Position numbers and translations under genes: made by a program. Positions 11,505 through 25,199 of a stretch of DNA of 64,000 bases are shown here, piece after piece. Location: contig MCFE01000294.1 in NCBI GenBank assembly GCA_002104905.1, positions 37,839 to 101,838 on the forward strand, given 5' to 3'. The stretch comes from Basidiobolus meristosporus CBS 931.73. Lineage: Eukaryota > Fungi > Basidiobolomycota. Each line of letters opens with the position of its first letter. Position 1 is the first letter of the stretch. The notes under the pieces are model-generated. The model worked only from the letters and a program-made list of their open reading frames with translations. It searched no databases and was not told the DNA's origin.

Positions 11505-14500
11505 TTAGAGACAGAACCCAAGTAATCCTAGCAAGCTTTTGCCAGAGGTTATTGCACCCAGTGAACACCCCACGCACAAAATACTTGAGAAGTGTTGGAC
11601 GTATCTCTCCCTTGGACCTATACACCACCACAACGGTAGTACCTGCAACTTGACTTGTCTTCCTATCTCCCCACACATCCGCTCTGTAGGTAACTCCCAA
11701 AAGGTGAAGCAAGGCCCAATATTCTCCACACACCATACAAGATGGAGTAGAGAATGGATACAGTAGCGGCAGATGTCTACACGTCCAGCTTTATGTTTGT
11801 AGCATAGCCGCCCAAATCCCATCACAAGTTCCTCACACAACAGCTGTAGATGAGTAAGGTTGGCATCAATGATCCACTTCTGAATGAGTATTCCTACAAT
11901 GTCCACATATGACTCTCAATGCTTCCAATGTACTCTTGATAGGAATGGCTTCAGAACACCATTTGAATAAATACATATCTAGTTCATCCAGTCTTTGCAT
12001 TTACATTGTTGCATATGCAAATGAATATTAATTAGAGCCCATGAGAAGTACATAGGGTAGCAGATGCTCTGTAACATCTTGCCAATTCTTTCAAATTTCT
12101 CCAGTATCTCAAAGGGCTCATTTAGCTTGAAATGCCCCATGTACAGCTTGGTCATCAGTATAGGGATATGTTGAAAAGCAAATGCATTGCTCCCAGTGGA
12201 AAGCTTTTGCTCCAACAGATATCCTCTATCTTAAGTATCTCTGGTTTCCAACTGGTTCTATATTTTGGCCAATGGCTGATAGCTTGCCAACTTTGCTGCA
12301 ATTGCATGCTGACTTCTGTATATTCTTTCTGTGGAAAGATGATGTTCTTAGTGCTGGTGTTTGGGTAATAATAATGTGTGTGAGTTATGGAGCAAATCCC
12401 CTGGATCTCACACATTCAACAGCAATACTGTCCATTGTGCCTAGAAAAACCTGCTATCTGGCTGATGGCTGGGGTATCTCCAATGCAGATAGTAGTATGT
12501 ACTTTTACATGATGGTCATTTACTGTTATCCTGCTGGAAAGCTTACAAAATTCATCAAGCAATGGATACTGGTAGCTATCCAGGTTTGATGGCAATTTAG
12601 GCCCAGATGCCAGTGAGACTACCATCAGATTATTGCTCTGATACCATGTGATGAGTGGCAGATTCAGATTGATGAGAATCAGTGGCCTACATGATTTGCT
12701 GGTAGAGTATTTGTTTAATGAGAATCCATCAAGTGCTAAAGCAAAGGCATGGTCATGCATACCTTCAAAGTAGCCCTTGCTTATTAGCTGTTTGTATTGT
12801 TTGCCATCATATTTATTGGATATGTTTGCGCTTGATTGATACTGAGAGCAGTACTCTATAATTTTGCCATACTTGTCAGACTGCATCAGCTTCCTCAGAC
12901 AGGGTATGACTGGAATATATCCAGAGTGTGGACAATGCTTTCCCTCAACAGTGGTGGATTCCGGACAATTTTGATACATTGCTATGGTAGCATTTTTGGA
13001 TGTGAATGCCATGCAACTGTTAACACATGCTGGAATCAGGACAGTCTCTGGGTCATATGTTGCCAGCCGCATGATTGTTGTCCAATTGTACCATGTACAT
13101 GGTAAATTGCATCCTGGTATGATTTTGGCAAGACCAAGTAATAAATCCTCAAGGCCCCCATGACTCATATTAGAGGAAATGCACCACTTCTCTAGCCACA
13201 ATATTACACATTCACCTGTAGATGGATTACTGGGCTCACTTGGCTCCATAAAGTATCCTTGGCATTTGTTTCAACAGGGGTTGTCTTATTGCAAATAGGG
13301 GTTTGACTGGGCTCATACATGTTACTGTTGTTAGGGGAGATAGGCTCAAAATCCATCAGTGAACCTTATTTGTCAGAACTATCACTCTGCGTGCCATACT
13401 CCAAAGGCTGAAGTGATCCTAAAGGTGTCACAAATTCACCTGACTCAGTTTGTGCAAGGTGTCAAAGATGGCCAGGTGCCAATATAGATGTATCAACTGG
13501 CTTGCAAGGTAAAGTTGGTACAGTAGTGACCAATGAATGGTCAAATATGACTTGGGTGGCTAAGCAATGGCAGTGATTCTTGTAATTCTTCCTATGCTGT
13601 CTGCATGCTTCATGGCTGAGAGGCTTGCCACAATAGCCGCATGGTCTTTTTTCTCCTCTCTTACAGCATTGAGTCAAAGTAATCTTGTCAATGGGGCAAA
13701 CAGTGTGACCTTTAGCAATGTAATAGACTTGTTCCATTGTGTCATTGATCATAGTGCAAGAAAGTGCTGCATATTTTGTAATTAAAATGATATTTAGGGT
13801 CATATGCATGTCAATTTTGATCCCAAATTGGCACTGTGTGGCACCATCTGGTACTCTGTGGCATGATCAGGCACCATCTGGCTTGCTATGGCACTATTGA
13901 GCACTATGATCAGCTGGAATGATGGAACAAGTCTAATGCTTTTATATGACTTTTTGGTTAATACTCATGCAAACTTAAGACAGTTTTGTATTTGAGACAT
14001 TACACCTACATGAATGTAGGATTCAATGCTGATCTGCCACAGTAAGCATTGTAAATAAAGCTGTGGTACCACATACACACGTATATGTAACACTATTCAC
14101 CTTTGGTTTGACTCACTTCCATATATATGCTGCCAAAAAAATAAAGTAAGGTTGTCTGGTTCCCATCCAAACCCCACTGCTGATGGCAACAGAAGAATGG
14201 TTGGACAACAGCTTGCTTTGACATTCAGTGCAACAAGTGGAGCTACATCCAAAAAAGGTCCTGTGGACAGTGTGCTCATTAAGGGCAATAATGTGGACTC
14301 CTCAGGCTTGCAGTCAAGTAGGCAATTGAGAACCTTGGCAGAGCCACAAGCTGACCTTTATGCTCAGGCAGATGAGAATGTAGCAAACAAAGTACCCTCA
14401 GTTGCAAACCAGCAAGTGGCCATGATAACATCATCACCACCCATATTGGCAAGTATGTTATCTGCTCATATCAAAGCATTAATGAAGCAATTAGGTGCAG

Positions 14501-15101
14501 TGGCTGATAGGATAGATGCAACAGCCCAGAGAAATCACAAAATAGTCCAGAAACATAATGAGCAGATAATACATGTAGGGCAATCAATATCCCAGGTAGA
14601 TAAAGCAGTATCTTTGCTGCAAAGAAGGAACTCAAGTATCTCAATGTCACAGCCAAGAATTGAGCCATTACCCAGTGTAACAGCAGAGGAACACTGTACA
14701 GTCATTGAAGCACAACAACAGTGCCCAAAGATAAAGCTCACAGAAAAACCTACCACTGTATGGGAGGGAGACATTGTGGTGTATATACCAAAGCCTAAAA
14801 ATCAAAAGACATTCAAGATCTGTGAAGCCATTGAGTACAATAATGAAGAGTGGGCTAATATACAAGACACCGTCAGAAGTCTAGCACGCCATCACCTTAA
14901 GTCTGGCATACCATGGGACCATCAGGACTGAAGGCCAAGCAGAATGCACTTGACCTGTTCCATGAGCATTATCCTGGATTCAAACAGGCAAATGGATCTT
15001 GGGCCAGCATTGGTATGCTAAGAAAGTATCTTAAGAATAGCAGAAAATATCATAGGCAGAAGAACAAGGGTGCCACGGCTAAAAACCAGTGGCGATCATG
15101 A
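11505..15101 (-). mobile_element. CMC/EnSpm (CACTA-type) DNA transposon copy 1, termini lost; transposase pseudogene on - (11505-13330), second ORF relic on + (14140-15101)
   Basis: Motifs FALALDGF, IGDTPAIS, GFSRHNGQYCC/MCEIQG, IHSLLHL and GPCFTFWELPTERMCG. Inverted homolog at 19062-22817. Confidence 0.75.
13725..13934. mobile_element. Tourist-like MITE, 13-bp TIR AGACTTGTTCCAT, 3-bp TSD AAT
   Basis: TIR pair with AAT at 13722-13724 and 13935-13937. The empty site is visible in the paralogous CMC copy near 19730. Confidence 0.85.
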
Positions 15102-15399
15102 TCACATGACATCCCTGGTCTCCAATTGTCTACCCAAATCAAGTCAGTGAAGAAATCCCATTTCCTTCTAGAAAGTTCTACTACATTCTAGCAGCTTCCT
15201 GAAAGCTCCAAGTCATCATTATACAATGGATCATTCTATGGAAGCTTCCCACTAGAACTTATGTAGTCCCATGCCATATATGGTACCTACATGTCACATA
15301 ACCTAGTCACATGATCAGCTGACCCCTGACATATCTCCATGTGATATTCCTGTCTGTTCTTTAGTATATTCTATCTTGGCACACTTACAGTGCCTCATC

Positions 15400-18300
15400 C
15401 CAGAACCCCATCAGTATTAGCCAATATCTCTTTGCATCCATATTGCCAAAAAGTATATATAGTCCTATCTTCCTTTATGTATTCCTTAGTCTGATAAACA
15501 CAAGTCTTGAATAAACAGCCTTGCCTTGGAAATCCACCATGCCTTGGGAACATGCAGTGCCTTGTTGATCCACACCTAAGTCCTTTCCTGGTCCTGCCTT
15601 GTCTAGCTCTACTCTCCTGCCTTGTGTCTATTCATAACAGTTTTATCAGACTGCTCCTGACTTACCTGTGGATCTCTGCCTTCTACCCAAGGTGCTTGAG
15701 AAGAATATGTAAAGGAATACCTACCATAGGTATCACCCTGAATCTTTCCCTGGTCTTGTCCTCTAAAGGCAAAGATACTTTATCTTTGTAAGATTATTGG
15801 CCAAAGCTGCATTCACTTTATTACCCTGCATGTGTAGTTTACAGTTGCTACAGTATTGGAAGCTTTAGTATAATACTCAATCAAATGATGATAAAGCCTG
15901 TACCTTCTGAAGTGATGCTAACTATTCAAAGTTGGGGATAGTGGCTCATTAATTGTATTCTTGACAAACTAGTGGCATTGTAACCCACAAATTAGTTAGC
16001 AATATTCAGTATTCCTGAACAAGTCCAAGAGACTTCTCCACCCCCTGCTACTGTGACATGTCCAGCCCAGAGTATAACTTTACAAGTCACATGGCTGCCT
16101 TTGCCCAGCTGCAACAAGATAATGCAGACCTCAGAAACTCTGTTGCTCAGCTCCAGAGCTAAAATGCTCAACAGCCTCTCCAGCTCCCTCCTACCATGAT
16201 CCCAAGATCACTCCCACTACCAAGTTCAGTGGCTCCCAGAATGAATTCAAAGGTTTCAGCAACATAGTAAAACACCACTTGTCACTACTACCCAATTGTT
16301 TCCAACAGATTAAGCAAAAGTTGGTTATATCTGTAACCTGCTGACTGGAACTGCTCAGAAATGGTTCTACCCTTTTGTGCAAACCAACTCCCCTCTACTC
16401 AGCAACTACCATGCCTTCCTCACAGAAATGGAGCTAACTTTTGGCAACATTTGCCAAGCCAGAACTGCTGCTAACAAGAGCAAGCACTTGAAGCTTGGAA
16501 ACAGACCTGCATCTGTATATGCTTATGAATTCCAGCTACTAGCCAGCAATTTGAGCCTTTCAGGTAATACTGCCCTAATTAGTCAATATCAAGATGGGCT
16601 CAATGATGAAGTCAGTGACCTACTTCTCACTCTCCCTGATCTAACTACCTTGGGTGAAGCTGCTCATCAAGCAATCCAATGTGAAATTGTCTTTTCCAGG
16701 AGAAACAGAAATTCTGACATACTTATCAGCCAACCTCCTTCCCAGTGATCCAGTCACCCAATACTAAGCCTGATGATCCTATACAAATATACTGTGCTAA
16801 ATATAAGAAGCTCACAAAAAAAATCAATCTAGATGTCATCAGGCAAACCTCTGCCTTTACTGTGGTCAGCCAGGCCACTTTGCCAAGTCTTGTCCAACCA
16901 AGAAGTCCAGCTTCAAGCTCCTGCAATCATCCAGTGAGCAATCTTCTCCTGAGTTATTGGGAAACTCCAATGTCCAGTTACAATGTCATGCTTGCAACTG
17001 GACCCTTCAATGAATATCCAGCACATTCAAGAAATATTATATGCTACCAAGTCCATCCAGTCCTTAAGAATTCCTGTCAACATCCACCTCCCTGAGTCCA
17101 ACCCTGTATGTGTCCTTGCCCTCACAGATTCCGGTGCTTCTTCCTGTTTCATTGACCAGTCATTTGTCCAAAAGCACAAAATCCCCACTGTCCTGTAATC
17201 CTGTTCTGTCCAGGTAGAAGTTATTGATGGAAGGTCCCTCTCTTCTGGTGCTGTTACCCATGAGATATTGCTACTCCAGCTGTCCAGTACTGGTCACCAC
17301 AAGACACTAGCCTTCAACATCATCAACTCTCCCCACTACTCCATAGTCCTTAGAAGCTCATGACTTAGTCACCATAACCCAGCTATCAACTGGCAGACCA
17401 AAATCCTGATATTCCCCAGCATCCACCATGTTAACTCCATGAAACCACCTGATTTTTCAGGTAAAGAGGTATCCTTTCTTAAGCTACCCCAGATCCAGGG
17501 GCCCATCATCATTGAAGGAACCCCCTCCAATCAAATACCTGCCAGGTTTCAAGAGCTTGCCCATGTCTTTGACAAGAAGAAAGCCAAACTACTCCCAGCC
17601 CATAGACCCTATGATTGTCCCATTGACCTTGAAGAAGGAAAAACCCCACCTTTTGGTCCTATATACAACCTCTTGCGACCCAAGTAGTGAGATCTCCATG
17701 GCAATATTCAAGAAAACCTCCAGAAAGGTTTTATTCAGTACTCTAAGTCCCCAGCAGGTACCCTAGTCCTCTTTGTCAAAAAAAAGGATGGTACCCTACA
17801 AATGGATGTAGACCACCATGCACTGAATAAGATCACAATCAAGAACCAGTACTCTTTGCCCCTGATCAACACCCCTTTGGATTAACTCTCTGCTGCCAAA
17901 GTATTTACTAAGATGGACCTCAGAGGAGCATATAACCTTGTCAGGATCAAGCCTGATGATGAATGGAAAACTGCATCCAGAACAGGATATGGTCATTTTG
18001 AGCATAAAGTTATGCCATTTGGTCTCACCAATACCCCAGCTGTCTTTCAACACCTGATAAATGACATATTCTGAGAATACCTGACCAATTTGAGGTTATC
18101 TACCTTGATGACATCTTGATCTACTCAAAGACCCAAGAAGGACATAACTCCAATATCAAGAAAGTCTTGACCAAACTTGACACTGCTGGCCTCTATGCCA
18201 AACTGGAGCAATGTGAGTATGACCAGAAAGAACTTGAGCTTTTAGGTTATCTTATCAGCTCAAGTGGAACAAGAATGGGCCCCAAGAAAGTAGAAGTCAT

Positions 18301-19061
18301 CCAGTTGTGGAAAACTCTCTGTTCTGTAAAAGAAGTGAAGTCTTTCCTTGGATTTGCCAACTTCTATTGTAGATTTATTGCCAACTACTACAAGATAGTC
18401 ACTCCCTTGACAAAGCTAACCCAGAAGAATCTACCCTTTGCCTGGAATGAGGAACAGTCCAAGTCCTTTGATTCCATCAAGGAATCCTTGCTGTATGCTC
18501 CCCTGCTTGCTCACCCTTACCTGGAGAAACCTTTCATCATAGAAACTGATGCCTCTGACTTTGCATTTGGTCCAATCCTTTCCCAGTACAATGACAAAAA
18601 TGTACTACACCCTATTGCATTCTACTCCCAGAAATTTACTACAGCTGAAGTAAACTATGATGTCTATGATAAGGAACTACTTGCAATCATTGTTGCCTTT
18701 GAACAATGGAGACACTACCTTGATGGAGCAGCCCAAATGATAAAGATCTTCTGTGACCACAAGAACCTCAAGTACTTTACTACCTCAAAAGTACTAAACC
18801 AGAGACAAGCCAGATGGTCCCTCTTCCTGTCTAGCTTTGACTTTGTCATCATCTATAGACCAGGTATAAAAAGGGAAAACTGTATGCCCTGTCCAGAAAG
18901 GTGGAGTATTCCCTTGAAGAAGGGGATGATCCCTGTTGGCAAATGAAAAACCTGGTACTCAGCAAAAGACACTTTGAGCTCCTTGCAACCCAGTCCTCCA
19001 GTATTATTGCTCCCTCACTCCTTGAGAAAGTCAAGGCCAGCCAAGTCACCAGTTCCATAGC
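15400..19061 (+). mobile_element. Degenerate Ty3/gypsy retrotransposon (gag, protease, RT, RNase H), cut before integrase
   Basis: gag (ICNLLTGTAQKWF), protease (LALTDSGASSCFID), RT (LPAHRPYDCPIDL, YLDDILIYS-like) and RNase H (IETDASDFA, ELLAIIVAFEQWRHYL). Many stops and frameshifts. LTR limits are unresolved. Confidence 0.85.
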
Positions 19062-22000
19062 CCCTATGAAAAATTATTGAGATGATACCATCAAAAGGCT
19101 GTCACAAAGTTAAAGTCCGGTGACTAAGAGGTACTGATCTTGTCAGGACACCATCCAGAGACCATTGAAAATAATTGCACCTCAGATTTCACAAAAAACT
19201 TAGTCAAAATTTTTCATTACAACAATGTATGAGTGGCTTTTGAATGGTTCCCTGTCAATTTGCTCACTTTCTGATCCCAGACACTCTTCTCATCTGCCTG
19301 AGCACAATGATCAGCTTATGACTCCACACAGGTTCTCAATTGCCTACTTGACTGAGAGCCTGAGGAGTCCGCATTATTACCTCCAATGGGCACACTGTCC
19401 ACAGGGCCTTTTTTGGATGTAGCCCAGCTTGTTGCACTGAATGTCAAAGCAAGCTGTTGTCCAACCACTCTTTGGTTGCCGTCAGCGGTGGGGTTTGGTT
19501 GAGAACCAGACAACTTGGCTTTATTTTTTGGTGTCATATGTATGGAAGTGAGTCCAACCAAAGTGGAAATAGTGTCACATATACATGTGTATGTGGTGCC
19601 ACAACTGTATTTATAATGCTTACTATAGCGTGTCATCATTGAATCTTACATTCATATAAGTGCAATGTCTCAAATCCAAGACTCTCTTGAGTTCACATGA
19701 GTATTGACCAAAAAGTGATAGAATAGCATTATGTTGTTGAAGGTCAAACTGTTTGCCCAATGGTCAAGCCTACTTTGACTCAATGCTGTAAGAGAAGAGA
19801 AAAAAGACCATGTGGCTATTGTGGCAAGCCTCTCAGCCATGAAGCATGCGGACAGCATAGGAAGAATTACAAGAATCACTGCCATTGCTTAGCCACCCAA
19901 GTCATATTTGACCATTCATTGGTCACTACAGTACCATCATTATCTTGCTGGCCAGTTGATACTTCTATATTGGCACCTGGCTGTCTTTGTCACCTTACAC
20001 AAACTGAGTCAGGTGAGAGTGTGACACTTTTAGGCTCACCTCAGCCTTCTGAATATGGCATGTAGAGTGATAGCTCTGACAAAGAAGGTTCATCAATAGA
20101 TTTTGAGCCTATCTCCCCTAAAAACAGTACCATGTATGTGCCCAGTCAAATCCCTATATGCAATAAGACAACACCTGTTGAAACAAATGCCAAGGATACT
20201 TTATGGTGCCAAGTGGGCCCAGTAATCCATCTACTGGTGAATGATTCAATGTTGTGGCTAGAGAAGTGGTGCATTTCCACTAATATCAGTAATGGGGGCT
20301 TTGATGATTTATTACTACTTCTTGCCAAAGTCATATAGGGATGCAACTTACCATGTACATGGCACATGTGGACAACCATCATGTGGCTGGCAACATATAA
20401 TCCAGAGACTGTCCTGATTCCAGCATGTGTTCACAGTTGCATGGTTTTCACATCCAAAAATGCTACCATTGCAACATGTCCAAATTATCAGGAATCCACC
20501 ATCATTGAGGGAAGCATTGTCAACACTCTGGATATATTCCAGTCATACCCTGTCTGAGGAAGCTGATGCAGTCCAACAAATATTGCAAAGCTATACAGTA
20601 CTGCACTCAGAATCAATCAAGTGGTTTAGGACTTGATGGATTCTCAATAGAGCAGTACTCTACCAGCAAATCCTGCTGGCCACTGATTCTCATCAATCTG
20701 AATCTGCCACCTGTCTTATGGTATCAGAGCAATAATCCAATGGTAGTCTCACTAGTATCTGGGCCTAAATTACCATCCAACCTGGATAGCTACCAGTATC
20801 CATTGCTGGTTGGATTTTGTATACTTTCCAGCAGGAGAATGGTAAATGGCCATCACATAAACATGCATATTATTATCTTCATTGGAGATACCCTAGCCAT
20901 CAGCTAGAAAGCAGGTTTTTCTGGGCACAATGGATGGTATTGCTGTCAAATGTGTGAGATCCAGGGGATTTACTCCATAACTCACACACATTATTATTAC
21001 CCAAATACCAGCACTAAGAACATCATCTTTTCACAGAGAGAACATACGGAAGTAAGCATGCAATTGCAGCAAAGTTGGCAAGCTATAAGCCATTGGCCAG
21101 AATATGAAATCAATCGGAAACCAGAGATACTTGAGATAGAGGGTATCTGTTGGAGCAAAAGCTTTCCACTGGGAGCACTGCATTTGCTTTTTGACAATAT
21201 CCCTATACTGATGACCAAGTTGTACATGGGGCATTACAAGCTAAATGACCCCTTCAAGATACCTGAGAAATTTGAAAGAATTGGCAAGATATTACAGAGT
21301 ATCCACTACCCTAAGTACTTCTCACAGGCTCCAATTAATATTCATATGCCTATGCAACAATACAAATGCAAAGACTGGATGAACTGGATATGTATTGATT
21401 CAAGTTGTGTTCTGATGCCATTCCTACCAAGAGTACATTGGAAGCATTGAGAGTCATATGTGAACATTGTAGGAATATTTATCCAGAAGCAGATCACCAA
21501 TGCCAACTAACACATCTACAGTTGTTATGTGAGGTGTTTGTGACAGGATTTGGGTGGCTATACTACAAACATAAAGCTGAACGCGTAGATCTCTGCTGCT
21601 ACTGTATCCATTCTCTACTCCATTTTCTATGGTGTGTGGAGAATATTGGGCCTTGCTTCACCCTTTGGGAGTTTCCTATTCAGCAGATGTGTGGGGAGAT
21701 AGGAAGACAAGTCAAGTTGCAGGTACTACCATATCCCAATCTCACCAATAATATTACCTTCAAGTCTGTCATGATTGTGATGAGTTAGCACATAGATGAC
21801 AGCCAGAAAGATTTGGCAAATACTGAGCACAAATATGCACATGGAGACACCTATGCCTAGGTCATTAAGTAGCTAAGCAGCCCCAATGCATGGGTAAACA
21901 GTTAAGTAATGCAAAGTTGGGTTGGGTGCAACAAGCAACTAATTTTTATTAGGAAAACTCCACCAAAATATGCTGGATTTTTTGTGGTCACAAGCCAACT

Positions 22001-22817
22001 TCTACGCCATTCTATATGGAATTCACAAAAACAAAAGCCAGAGTGCACCTATAAGGGGGACTAGAGTCCAGCAGGGAAAAGGAATATATTGGCTAAATAC
22101 CAAGAGGTTCTTTGCCAGTATTCAGGAGGTATTCATGGCAGAATTGGCAACAACCAAGCATATGTTTGCAAGATGTATATGCTACCAGCAGTACAAGGTA
22201 TATGGCAACTTTGCAAGTATTGCACTAAAAAGCTGTAAAGTTGAGGTGATAGAAGTATTCTGTAGTGGTTAGTAAGCAGGAGGCCAAAGTTTTTTTTTAT
22301 TAAAACTATTTATGGAATACCCAAGGTAGTAGTGGGTAAGCAAATAAAGAAAGATGATTCTACAGTGGAATATATGAATTGCACAAGGGGAGGTAGAAAA
22401 AGGAAATACCATTTGGTAAATTGGTACGGTAGCATTATACAGAATCAGCGGTAGGATGTCATACTGCCAAAAAAATGTGATCAGAGTCTTGCTGTGAGGC
22501 CGTCAAAATGATGTCAAGTTTCTTGCCATATAAGGTAATTGGAAGTCCTGGTCAACTGGATCCACTTAAAATAGTAATAGAGCACTGAAAGACCACAACA
22601 ATACTATGCAAATATTCTCTCAGCACCAATTAAAAATTGTCAAGTTTTACCCCTTTATTTGGCTGTAAAATTTGCAAAACACCATGATGATCTCATTACA
22701 AGATTGTCAGGAGGGTCACTAATTCCAATCTGCTTTTATTATAATGGTCTCTAAATGGGATCTTGATGGATGATCCAGATTGGATCCACCTGCGGGATCA
22801 AATTATTTTTCATAGGG
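19062..22817 (+). mobile_element. CMC/EnSpm transposon copy 2, fully bounded: TIR CCCTATGAAAAAT, 2-bp TSD GC; transposase pseudogene ~20090-21790
   Basis: 13-bp perfect TIR at 19062 and 22817, starting CCCTA (fits the CMCWR consensus). GC at 19060-19061 and 22818-22819. Same transposase motifs as copy 1. Confidence 0.8.
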
Positions 22818-23449
22818 GCTGCTCTGACAGGAGCCCAGCACAACTACAGTTGAGAGCTGAAAACAAGCCAAAAAGAAAAGTCAGGTTGCCAGAAGAGTGT
22901 CAGTAAGGGACAAGCAGGCCAAAACACATGTGTCAGAGCAAAGTTTATCCAGGAGAAAACGTAGTTCTTTACAAGAAGCACTCAGACAAAGTAGCAGTGA
23001 AAGACCTGGCAGTGACAAAGGTAAAGGTAATGGTAAAAATGTCTACCCAAGCCTGAGAGAGGGAGGCATGCAAAAAAAACTGCAAAGACTAGCAGATGAG
23101 GAGCTAGACCTTGCAGTGCCAGCTGAAGACCAGGATGTGTGGGAACCAGTGAATGAACAGTGCATAAAGCTGTTGGGTTCCTGCTGGAGTCATTGAGATA
23201 GAGCATCACAGCAGAAATAACTATTGAGTAGTGGATTTCAAAGGAGTTACTTGTTGAGTGTGGGGTTGGGCTCAATGTCAGTGTAGGGTATAGGGACTTG
23301 TATAGGTCAATACAATTGGCAATCAAGGTATAACTGAAGTTTCAACAGAAATAAATCAATTTGTATGCATGAAAAGTAAGAGAAACAGTTGAGTTAGGAA
23401 GTAAGGAGTGTGAAAAAGAGGTAATAGCCAATCAATGCACACAAATCTA

Positions 23450-23680
23450 GGAGGCAATAGAGTGTCCAGGATCAGAAAGTGAGCAAATTGGCAGGGAACC
23501 AATCAAAAGCCACTTTTACATTGTTGTGGTGAGAAATTTTGACCAAGTTTTTTGTGAATTCTGGGGTGCAATTATTTTTCAACAATCTCTGGATGGTGTG
23601 CTGATGGAATCAGTACCTCTTAGTCACGGGACTTTAACGTTTTGATGGCCTTTTGACAGGATCATCTCAAAAGTTCTTGT
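23450..23680 (-). mobile_element. Left-arm fragment of a third CMC copy
   Basis: Reverse complement of ~19075-19300; the terminus is missing. Confidence 0.6.
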
Positions 23681-23689
23681 TAAAGCTAG

Positions 23690-25135
23690 AAGCCTTCCAT
23701 ATACATAACTCAAGGTCAAGTCTTCAGTTCAGGACTCTAGGGCTTTTACAAGGCCCTGCAACATGTCTGGCAGGTTGTTCAGGATGGTTGCTATCACATC
23801 CTCCTTAGTAGTTGGTACACTCATAGATTCCATCTCTTCCACCAGCAGTGCAATTCTATTGACAGGATTTTTCATTTCTTCTCCTGGCAGCACTTTTAGT
23901 AAAGAATCTTTGTCTCAGATACATTTTCTTAGTAGCAGAACTTGACTGGCAGGTGACTTCTGATGACTTCCAGGCATTCTTTGTGGCTTTTGCTCTTGAG
24001 CATTGAACCGATAATTTGTCTTTAACAAACTTATGCTCTTTTTGCTGACTATCTCTCTTTTTCAAGCACTTTTCTTTTGCAGTAGCTGCAAAGCAGGTTG
24101 CTATTGCCTTCAAAGGCTCTTGGGTATCTTCTTTGTTGGTTATCATTGCTTATTAAGGAATTTTCTTCTTCCTTCTTATTTGCCCTTGATTTCTGCAATT
24201 CTTCATCCAGATGCCATCCATAGAAGTAATTCAAGGTCAAGTCTTCTTTTCTGGACTGTTGGACTGATACAAGGTCCTAAAATATGACTGTCAGGCTATT
24301 CAGGATGGTAACCAACAAATTCTCATCAGTATTAGGTACACACACATATTTCATCTCACCCAGCAGCAAAGTAATTTGGTTAATTAGATTTTGCATTTCT
24401 TTTCCCAACAGCATTGTTGTGGTAAAGAGTATTTTGTCCCAGATACATTTTCTCAGCCACTGGACATGACTGGCAAGTGTCCTCTCATGCCTTCCAGGCA
24501 TTCTTTACTATTTTGCACTTGAGCATTGAACTAGCAATTTGTCTTGGACATTAAGGCACTTGCAGTTTAGTGCACTTTGTCTTTCTTCTGCTACTTGAGG
24601 GCTTCCTCTCCCAAGTTCTTAGGAGGGTATTCTTCTCCCATGACAATACCCCAAAGGCATCCTTCTTGTAGCATCATCTTTGTCTTCACCTTCCATACTT
24701 GGTAGTTGGACCCATCCAACCTTTCAGCAGAGGGGAAAATTCCAATAATAGCAGTAGTAGACATTGCAGAGAGTGACAGCTTGGGGCACATAGCCACTTG
24801 TAAGAGTCTTGAAGATATTGGAGGTGATTGGGTATATAGGTCGATAATGTGGTTTTCACTTTTGATTTGTTAAATATTAAAGGAGTATATTTATGCTTAT
24901 ATGGTCTTGGCATAGCAAGCATGTAGAATAGGCTTAGGAAGTTCCCAAGAGCATGTGTATAAAGCTTAAGGCTGCTTATACAACTTTGAGAATTTTCATG
25001 TTCTGATGTTTTGGTGAAAATATTCCAAGTAAATCCCAACAAAGAATCTGGTCAGTATTCTCTATGATCTGAAGGTAATAATCTAGGTGACTAAGTTTTG
25101 TGGATATTTGGGAGGAATTCCTAACTTTTACACCA
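23690..25135 (-). mobile_element. Two stacked copia gag fragments plus LTR (~24797-25135)
   Basis: LDGSNYQVWKVKTKMML, KMYLRQRFF, zinc-knuckle region; LTR homologous to 33797-34145. Confidence 0.8.
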
Positions 25136-25199
25136 GAAATTGTGGCAGAGTATTGTAGGAATTCCAAAATGCCATTTCTGACAGGGTTTGGATGCAAAT

